Origin: an uncultured Gammaproteobacteria bacterium
GTDB lineage: Bacteria; Pseudomonadota; Gammaproteobacteria; Steroidobacterales; UBA11654
Direction: 5' to 3'
DNA: 64,000 bases
Assembly (NCBI GenBank): GCA_937801655.1
Contig: CALMWC010000003.1
Coordinates: forward strand, 128,474-192,473
Under the pieces are notes generated by a model, which did not search any database, had not been told where the DNA came from, and saw only the letters and a list, made by a program, of their open reading frames with translations. Shown one piece after another: positions 57,449 through 64,000 of the stretch (positions within the stretch are counted from its first letter, which is position 1; the number at the start of each line of letters is the position of its first letter). The translations under genes were made by a program, and so were the position numbers.

Positions 57449-58561
57449 GTGTATATAAATTTTTGGTATCCAGTAACCTTGAGTGAGGAATTGAAAGAAG
57501 AACCCATCCGAGTAAGGATGTTAAGTCAAAATTTTGTCGTTTTTAGAGATTCTAAAGGAAAACCAAATACTTTAAGTGATACATGTGTCCATCGAGGAGG
57601 TTCACTTTCTGGGGGAGTCGTGAGAGAAGATTGCATTCAATGCCCTTACCATGGATGGCGTTTTAATGGCGAAGGCTCTTGTGAGAGAATTCCTTCTTTA
57701 GGAAAGGAAGCAAAAATACCCAAAAGAGCAAGAGTAGATGCATATCCTACAGAAGAACGGTATGGAATAGTTTTTGCATTTCTAGGAGATCTAGAAGAAT
57801 CTAAAAGACCACCCATCATGCCTATTAATGAGTTGGATGATGAAAAGAATTGGCGAGCCAATGTTTTGACCTATGAAGCAAATATTAATTTTGAGAGATC
57901 CATAGAAAATGGTTTGGATGCAGCTCACAATGAGTTTGTGCATCCCACGCATGGACATGAGGGAGAAGACAACGATTACAAGGTAGGTAAATTGGATTTT
58001 GTAGACAATATATTTGGACCTAAGAAATGGGGTTTTGGTTTTTGGCATGCATTTAAATCTCCAGCTTCAAAATCAGAGGGACCCCAAATAAAAGAAGCAA
58101 GTGATGAAAGGATGGCTGGCTCAGGAATTGTAGGACCCAATCAGATGTGGACTTACATTGTTTTTAATGAAAACTCAGAATTCAGACAGTATATGTTTGA
58201 ATGCCCAGTGGAAGAGAATCATGTGAAGATATTTTTAATCAATATGAGAAAAATGATGTTGGATCCTAATATGGATAAACCCATTGCTGATCGATGCATG
58301 GTCATTGCAAAACAAGATATTGTCATCCTTGAACAATTGGATCCTGTTCTCACTCCTCAATTCAATACTAAAGAGTTCTTAGTGCCCTCGGATGAACCTT
58401 GTATTAAGTATCGTAAGCTACTTAGTGGATGGAAGAAAAAAGGTTGGAAAATTGATACCAATGAACTCACTACTAATAAAGGCAAGAAGGCCTATGCAAT
58501 TCCTTCACCTGCAAGGAAGACTCAAAAAGGCTGGGTTTTAGATAAAATTCCTTTGTCTTAG
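57449..58561 (+). CDS. Rieske [2Fe-2S] non-haem-iron oxygenase, phthalate/VanA/PAO-type alpha subunit
   Basis: Rieske motif CVHRGGSLSGG-x-CPYHGWRF (C-x-H...C-x-x-H). Mononuclear Fe motif NGLDAAHNEFVHPTH. N-terminal WYPV. GTG start at 57449 with GGGAGA 5 nt upstream. Confidence 0.85.
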   Translation: MYINFWYPVTLSEELKEEPIRVRMLSQNFVVFRDSKGKPNTLSDTCVHRGGSLSGGVVREDCIQCPYHGWRFNGEGSCERIPSLGKEAKIPKRARVDAYPTEERYGIVFAFLGDLEESKRPPIMPINELDDEKNWRANVLTYEANINFERSIENGLDAAHNEFVHPTHGHEGEDNDYKVGKLDFVDNIFGPKKWGFGFWHAFKSPASKSEGPQIKEASDERMAGSGIVGPNQMWTYIVFNENSEFRQYMFECPVEENHVKIFLINMRKMMLDPNMDKPIADRCMVIAKQDIVILEQLDPVLTPQFNTKEFLVPSDEPCIKYRKLLSGWKKKGWKIDTNELTTNKGKKAYAIPSPARKTQKGWVLDKIPLS

Positions 58562-58567
58562 TCGTTT

Positions 58568-59758
58568 GTGATTATCCTCTGTTTAATTACGGGACTTGCC
58601 ACTGTAGGTTTTGGCTTGGTATTACCAACATTTCTATTCTATGCAGAAAATTTAGGAGCTTCTCCAATGGTAGCCACAATCATCATTGGAACCTATTCAA
58701 TGGGTCAATTTATTGGTACCCCTATATGGGGAAGAATCAGCGATAGAATTGGTAGAAAACCAGTCTTATTAATTAGTATTTTTGGCCAAGGGATTTGTTT
58801 TGTCTTATTGGCATTATCCACCAATCTCTGGATGTTGGCTTTGGCAAGATTTTTTGGGGGTGTAGTTTCAGCTAATATATCGACTGCAATGGCCTATGTA
58901 ACGGATTCTACTGAAGAATCAGTTAGGGCAAAACATATTGGGTTTATTGGTGCCAGTGTGAGTATTGGGTTTATGGTTGGACCAGCACTTGGCGGATTAT
59001 TAGGGGGACAAGACGCAAGTACAGCAAGTTTGTATTTGCCTGCTATGGTGGCAGGAAGTATTTCATTTACGACCGGTCTATGTGCCTTATTCTTCTTGAA
59101 AGAAAGCTTGAAAAAAGAGGATAGGTCGGATAAAACCATTGAGTCAAATTCTCTTATCAAGAATTGGGGATTAGTTTTTAAAAGACCAGTTTTACCTCTG
59201 ATTATATTATTAGGATTGGGAATGATGTATGTGACTGGAACTTTTGAGACCATTTTTCCTTTATGGACTAATGCACGGTTTTCTTGGAGTCCTGTGGATG
59301 TAGGGTTTTGTTTAACTTATATTGGGCTGGTTGTAACACTCATGCAAGCCACAGTGATTGGTAGAATTGTTCCAATTTTAGGTGAAGCCAGTGTGATTCG
59401 AATAAGCTTTTTTGGTTATGCGTTAGGCCTTTTGATTATGTCACAAGCACCGAATTGGGAGATTATGATAGCTGGCTTGAGCATTTCAGCAGCCAGCGGA
59501 GCTGCTTTTAGCACCTCAGCATCAAGTCTTGTATCTAAAGTTGCAGGCGAAAAAGAAAAGGGATTTGTACTGGGTGTTTATCAATCTGGATGTTGGTTGG
59601 GAAGAATCTTAGGCCCATTGACTGCTGGCGCTCTTTTTAGCTTAATAGATGTTAATGCACCATTGTATGCAGGAATAATAATACTCATTCCATGCATTAT
59701 TGTAGTTGGCTTTATATCAAAAAAAATGAAGCAACAAGTATTGCATTCTTCACTTTAA
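58568..59758 (+). CDS. MFS transporter (drug/H+ antiporter-like, 12 TM)
   Basis: GRISDRIGRKPVLL loop 2-3 motif and 12 predicted helices. GTG start 7 nt after the Rieske stop. Confidence 0.8.
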   Translation: MIILCLITGLATVGFGLVLPTFLFYAENLGASPMVATIIIGTYSMGQFIGTPIWGRISDRIGRKPVLLISIFGQGICFVLLALSTNLWMLALARFFGGVVSANISTAMAYVTDSTEESVRAKHIGFIGASVSIGFMVGPALGGLLGGQDASTASLYLPAMVAGSISFTTGLCALFFLKESLKKEDRSDKTIESNSLIKNWGLVFKRPVLPLIILLGLGMMYVTGTFETIFPLWTNARFSWSPVDVGFCLTYIGLVVTLMQATVIGRIVPILGEASVIRISFFGYALGLLIMSQAPNWEIMIAGLSISAASGAAFSTSASSLVSKVAGEKEKGFVLGVYQSGCWLGRILGPLTAGALFSLIDVNAPLYAGIIILIPCIIVVGFISKKMKQQVLHSSL

Positions 59759-59833
59759 TTGATCAAAGACTGGACACCGTCATTCAATCAATATAAAAAG
59801 AGAACTATATTATTAACTAATTTGGATGCAATC

Positions 59834-60655
59834 ATGACGATCAATTCTTTCTTCAGTCGAATAAAAATATTAACAGGAGCATTTGTTGTGCTAATCACGC
59901 TTATGGTGCCTTACTCATCCGATGCCAATGACAATGAGTATGTTCCTACAACGTTGATTACAGGTGCTAATAGAGGCATTGGGTTTGAGTTTGCAAAACA
60001 ATATCTGGCTAAAGGCTGGAAAGTAATTGCTACTTGTCGCAAGCCCGAGACAGCAGACCAGTTAATTGTACTGCAAAAGCAATTTCCTAGTTTACTGATT
60101 ATAGATCGATTGGATGTGACTGATCATTCTCAAATTGATCAATTGGCTGAGAAGTATGCAACTACTGCTATTGATGTGCTACTGAATAATGCAGGCATTT
60201 CTGGCGATACAAAGAATCAGATATTCGGCAAAATGAATTATGATGTTTACAATAAAGTTTTATCAGTGAATACCATTGGGCCTCTTAAAATGGCTGAAGC
60301 ATTTTACTCGCATGTAAAAGCCAGTGAACAAAAGAAAATCATTACCGTTTCCAGTAGTGAAGGGTCAATTGCCACTGCTGATAAAAGAGGTGGTGGGCGT
60401 TTATTCTTTTATCGTTCGAGTAAGTCAGCATTGAATATGGTGATGGTGAATCTTGCGCTTCAATTAAAAAGTAGAGGCGTCGCTGTCGGCATGATAAATC
60501 CAGGAGCAACCGATACAGATTTTATGACAGGATTGCCTTTCCCATTAAGAAAAACAGAAGTAGCGGTATCCGATATGATTAGGAATATTGACTCAATTAC
60601 AGTAGAAAATACTGGAGCTTATCTGAACTATAATGGCAAAACAGTGCCTTGGTAG
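59834..60655 (+). CDS. Short-chain dehydrogenase/reductase (sniffer/C-factor-like) with N-terminal signal or anchor; paralog of 17929..18771
   Basis: ITGANRGIG, NNAG, YRSSKSALN, C-terminal NYNGKTVPW. Hydrophobic N-terminus ILTGAFVVLITLMVPYSSDA. ATG 59834 preferred over the TTG at 59759. Confidence 0.85.
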   Translation: MTINSFFSRIKILTGAFVVLITLMVPYSSDANDNEYVPTTLITGANRGIGFEFAKQYLAKGWKVIATCRKPETADQLIVLQKQFPSLLIIDRLDVTDHSQIDQLAEKYATTAIDVLLNNAGISGDTKNQIFGKMNYDVYNKVLSVNTIGPLKMAEAFYSHVKASEQKKIITVSSSEGSIATADKRGGGRLFFYRSSKSALNMVMVNLALQLKSRGVAVGMINPGATDTDFMTGLPFPLRKTEVAVSDMIRNIDSITVENTGAYLNYNGKTVPW

Positions 60656-60658
60656 AAT

Positions 60659-61621
60659 TCAACCAATGAATTGAGCGATACCGGCTAAGGACCTTTCTAC
60701 ATTTGTTTCAGCGCTTGCAATCATCTCACCATTAGTTAAGTTAAACCTTCCCATTGTCCCATTGAAGAAGTTACCCATATAAGCACTTTGTCCATCCATG
60801 GCTATGCATAAGGATGCCCAACCTGGTCCAGGTAATTCAAATTGTTCTGAAATACTACCAGAAGAGGGATCGTGTTTGCACAAACTGAAACCAGCACGGA
60901 AGTTGGCTTTTATTGAATAGAAATCTCCATTTGCACTATGCGTTATAGCAATCACTAAGTCGCCACTTTCCGGCTCATAGGTAATCAAGTCATCGGCTTG
61001 CTCATTTTTAATCACATCGTATTGAAAAATACGATTGCCCAGTTCTGAAATATAGACAACTTTAGATTGATCAGAACCCATAGACGATGCTGTGACGCCA
61101 AGAAAGCCTGGCATACCACCATGCGTTAGAGTTTCATAAGTTTCTTTTAGTTCACCATCGGATGAGAATTTATACAAATTACCATCACCATATCTTTTAG
61201 TATCAGGCATAAACGGAAGAACTGTCCTTAGTTTTCTTGGGCCTTCAAGTGCTTTATTATTAGATTCATCACCAACAAGATGTTCTCCAAGGAAGATATC
61301 GCCACTATCACTAAAGCAGGCATTTGAGAAAGAACGTGCTCCAAAATCAATTTGATTGATTTGTTCGCCGTTAGGAGATACTTTTACTACAGAGTAATTT
61401 TGACTGTCAAAGGCCCAGAGATTATTATCCTGATCAAACTTAAGACCTCCCACTAAGTGAGTAGTATTTTCAGTCCAAAGTGTTCCCTTTAAGTTAAGCT
61501 CACTATCAAACTGAATAATTCGCCCATCCCCAGCATGGTCATCATCAGCATTATTCAGAACAGTTGCAGCAACCAGAACGTCTCCATTCTCAAAAGCTTT
61601 TATATCAGATTCATTGGACAT
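60659..61621 (-). CDS. Conserved hypothetical protein, probable beta-propeller fold (paralog of 12258..13208)
   Basis: Shares LNNADDDHAGDGRIIQFD, VKVSPNGEQI, FSNACFSDSGDIFLGE and SLAGIAQF with the 12258 gene. ATG 61621 has AAGGAG 6 nt upstream and avoids overlap with the UbiD stop. Confidence 0.55.
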   Translation of the reverse strand: MSNESDIKAFENGDVLVAATVLNNADDDHAGDGRIIQFDSELNLKGTLWTENTTHLVGGLKFDQDNNLWAFDSQNYSVVKVSPNGEQINQIDFGARSFSNACFSDSGDIFLGEHLVGDESNNKALEGPRKLRTVLPFMPDTKRYGDGNLYKFSSDGELKETYETLTHGGMPGFLGVTASSMGSDQSKVVYISELGNRIFQYDVIKNEQADDLITYEPESGDLVIAITHSANGDFYSIKANFRAGFSLCKHDPSSGSISEQFELPGPGWASLCIAMDGQSAYMGNFFNGTMGRFNLTNGEMIASAETNVERSLAGIAQFIG

Positions 61622-61634
61622 AGTAATCTCCTTA

Positions 61635-63116
61635 TTATAATAAATGACCCCATTTCTCTTCGACCAAGTCAAAAATCTCTGGTGCATGTTCAACCAAAAG
61701 TTCTCTATTTAATTTCGGATAAGGGGATGGACCATTTTCTTCTGGTAACTGCCTTGTTGCATCAATAAGTATCCTGGATGATCTTCCTCTTACCACTGCA
61801 CTGGGGTCTAAAAAGAATCCGGCAGTATCTTCAATAATTTTAGCACCTGGATGCGGTTGCCATCTGGCTCCAACAGTTCTAAAAACTTCCTTGGTATCAT
61901 GAATATCTACATCTTCATCAACGACAATAACAATTTTTCCTAATGGTAAGAAATTGAACTTCTCTGCAAGTTCTAATCCCTGATGAGGCTTAGTCTTTTT
62001 AATACTGAGGAAAAGATATCCAACATGATCTATTGGAATATGAAATCCTCTCAGTTCAGGCATAAACTTAGAGAAACCTCTTATCGAAGCAGCTTCTCCA
62101 GGAGTGGTGACATAACCCCTAGTCACCCCAGTAAATTGATTAACAAACATCGGATTAACGCGATGTGTAATTGTTTTGATGTTCATATAGAACGTTTCTT
62201 CATGAGGTTTGCCCATATAACCATACATTTCTCCAAAAGGACCTTCTGGCTCAAAATCGTTGAGTGGAATCTCACCCTCAATAATCATTTCTACATTGGC
62301 TGGTACCAGTATGTCACTATTCTCACATTTCACTACCTCAATTGCTTCTCCTTTAAATCCGCCAGCTATTTCAAGCTCATCTTGTCCCGTTCTTGCAGTT
62401 TTAGAACTGCTCATAGCAAAAACAATTGGGTCGGTACCTAATACAACAACCGCTTGAGCTACATCTTTTCCACTATTCATCAAGGATTTCCAACCATCTT
62501 GATTCTTCTCTGGACTGATACCAATTTTTCTTGGCCCCTTAATCTGCATTCGATAGGTGCCAACGTTTCTGCCTTGCTCTGGATCAACTGTGATGAGGTT
62601 ACCAGTATTAATAAATCTTCCATTGTCTCCAGGGTTGGTTTGAAAGAATGGGAAATCCAAAATATTAATTTCATCTTCATTAAGAATGACTTCTTTGCTT
62701 GGAGCATCCGCTTTATCAATTTCAGTTGTCTTAATAGGAGTTATATCCCCTATCTCCATCATTTTATTAAGTGCTCTCTTGTAATTAAGAATATGCTCTC
62801 CCTCTTCAATTTCATCAAGAGGAACTCCTACGGCCATAGCTTCATGCCCAGCCATCCCATATTGATTTACTATAATGGGTCCATCAACCCACTCACCTGA
62901 AATCTTTACTTTTTCAACTACCACTGATGGAGCACCGAGCCATCCATGTTTATCAAGTAACTTATACATAAAACCCGTTAGCTCATATGCATCCTGATCA
63001 ATTTCTTTTATTCTTATAACGTTTCCATGGGTTTCTATAGCTTCCATATAATCTCTTAGAGAATCATAGGGACCAGTTACATTGTTACTGTTCTTCTTTA
63101 GAGCTTTTTTTACCAT
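61635..63116 (-). CDS. UbiD-family (prenyl-FMN dependent) decarboxylase
   Basis: 493 aa. N-terminal SLRDYMEAIETHGNVIRIKEIDQD is typical of UbiD/VdcC-type enzymes. Length and overall pattern fit the family. Confidence 0.85.
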   Translation of the reverse strand: MVKKALKKNSNNVTGPYDSLRDYMEAIETHGNVIRIKEIDQDAYELTGFMYKLLDKHGWLGAPSVVVEKVKISGEWVDGPIIVNQYGMAGHEAMAVGVPLDEIEEGEHILNYKRALNKMMEIGDITPIKTTEIDKADAPSKEVILNEDEINILDFPFFQTNPGDNGRFINTGNLITVDPEQGRNVGTYRMQIKGPRKIGISPEKNQDGWKSLMNSGKDVAQAVVVLGTDPIVFAMSSSKTARTGQDELEIAGGFKGEAIEVVKCENSDILVPANVEMIIEGEIPLNDFEPEGPFGEMYGYMGKPHEETFYMNIKTITHRVNPMFVNQFTGVTRGYVTTPGEAASIRGFSKFMPELRGFHIPIDHVGYLFLSIKKTKPHQGLELAEKFNFLPLGKIVIVVDEDVDIHDTKEVFRTVGARWQPHPGAKIIEDTAGFFLDPSAVVRGRSSRILIDATRQLPEENGPSPYPKLNRELLVEHAPEIFDLVEEKWGHLL

Positions 63117-63170
63117 GCACTTCTCATTGATGTAATTGATTTGTTCTCTATTGTAACTAGCTATCAGAAA

Positions 63171-63202
63171 TAAAAAAGGCCTCAGTAAAATATACTGAGG
63201 CC
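63171..63202 (-). terminator. Rho-independent terminator downstream of the TonB-dependent receptor gene
   Basis: On the minus strand: GGCCTCAGT-ATATTTT-ACTGAGGCC followed by TTTTTTATTT. Begins 18 nt after the receptor stop codon. Confidence 0.7.
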
Positions 63203-63220
63203 TTTACTAGTTTTTAAGAC

Positions 63221-64000
63221 TTACCAGCGTTTGGTGTATCTTATACCAATTTCTCTAGGACGATTGGTGTACTGTCTTCCGTTTCCAAAGAAGAAATCAA
63301 AGAACCAATCATTGACTGCAATCTCTGCTCTTTCATCCGTTAAGTTGTTGATAAAGAAGTCCACTTCCCAATCATCTCCCATCACACCGACTTTTGCATC
63401 CATGATGGTGTAGGATTTTTGTAAAAATTGAGATCCAGGTTGAACTGCACTTACGGTATCACCAGTGTATGCAACAGAAGCTCTCATGTACGCTTCATTT
63501 CCACCGAATGCATTTGTTGGTACAGTTTTGTCAATCCATAAACTTCCTTTGAACTCTGGAACCTGAGGTAATCTAGAACCTGCTGGAGCTGACCCATCTG
63601 ATAATTCAGTTTCAGTTTCTGCAGTCACCCATTGAGAGTTGAAGCCTAGTTCTGTATTTTCTCCAATCGCTGCAAGTAATTCTAATTGCAGTCCATCGGA
63701 TCCAGCATTACCTAAGTTTGCTACCACTTTCTGCCAAGGCTGACCACATTGTGGAGCAGGGTAGGAGCCTTCAACACCACAAGGAAGGTTACTTGGATCG
63801 ACTAGTTCAATTTGATAATCTTCCCAATCCATCGTGAAGTAGGTAAGGTTTAATCTTACTCGACCATCAGCTAGAGTTGTTTTGGCACCGAATTCATAAT
63901 TCATTAAGAAATCTGATTCGTAGATATCAGGATAAATTGGAGCACTAGAGCGTCCACGATTCACACCACCAGGTCGGTAACCTTCTGAATAAAGTGCATA
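63221..64000 (-). CDS. TonB-dependent outer-membrane receptor, C-terminal part only (gene continues beyond the window)
   Basis: Alternating beta-strand pattern rich in Tyr/Gly/Asn/Asp. Terminal barrel strand REIGIRYTKRW ends in an aromatic residue. The frame stays open to base 64000. Confidence 0.85.
   Translation of the reverse strand, partial: YALYSEGYRPGGVNRGRSSAPIYPDIYESDFLMNYEFGAKTTLADGRVRLNLTYFTMDWEDYQIELVDPSNLPCGVEGSYPAPQCGQPWQKVVANLGNAGSDGLQLELLAAIGENTELGFNSQWVTAETETELSDGSAPAGSRLPQVPEFKGSLWIDKTVPTNAFGGNEAYMRASVAYTGDTVSAVQPGSQFLQKSYTIMDAKVGVMGDDWEVDFFINNLTDERAEIAVNDWFFDFFFGNGRQYTNRPREIGIRYTKRW

Noticed and set aside
61983-62900. Two long plus-strand ORFs (152 and 148 aa) antisense to the UbiD-family gene
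   Set aside because: Both lie wholly inside a well-supported 493-aa gene on the other strand. Their translations are low-complexity and Ser/Phe/Ile/Asn-rich, with no motifs and no ribosome-binding site that I could see. This is typical of antisense read-through in a gene region with slightly higher GC.
51516-64000. Possible tRNA-Met-associated genomic island
   Set aside because: The gene content is accessory-like. However, I see no integrase, recombinase or transposase, no direct repeat of the tRNA 3' end, and base composition and codon style look like the rest of the window. I treat it as a variable chromosomal region, not a mobile element.

Overview
This window is an AT-rich, very gene-dense chromosomal segment from a Gram-negative bacterium, almost certainly a gammaproteobacterium. 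Gene junctions are short or overlapping. Gene order follows Pseudomonas-type core synteny: lptD-surA-pdxA-rsmA-apaH with divergent amgK-murU; mreB divergent from gatCAB; prfA-prmC-moeB; tRNA-Gln-prs-rplY-pth-ychF; mrdA-rodA-mltB-rlpA-dac-lipB. The low GC and compaction suggest a streamlined marine lineage such as SAR86, but that is a guess I cannot test here. I call about 66 protein-coding genes and 2 tRNAs. I see no rRNA, CRISPR array, transposase, integrase, phage gene or recognisable defence system. All calls rest on motif and family recognition in the supplied translations plus my own reading of the DNA; no search was run. Most of the window is housekeeping, and I found no single compelling new system. 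The parts worth a second look are: (1) 51.5-64 kb, after tRNA-Met, where an accessory-looking block holds an orphan oxidative cluster (partial TonB-dependent receptor, UbiD-family decarboxylase, Rieske oxygenase, HsaA-like flavin monooxygenase, an unknown 204-aa partner, signal-bearing SDR, MFS) and a DUF1015 + Cys-substituted PCP_red mini-protein pair; (2) an unknown protein family with motif LNNAxDDHxGDGRI and an N-terminally signal-bearing SDR, each present as two divergent paralogs in the window; (3) a small secreted six-Cys protein directly upstream of an ECF sigma/anti-sigma pair; (4) two apparent single-base frameshifts, one in the normally essential mreC and one in an alpha/beta hydrolase; (5) a 10-bp tandem repeat spanning the gatB stop codon; (6) a short core-MetE type methyltransferase with no partner gene; (7) an adaptor + ATPase + two-permease MacB-type ABC system.
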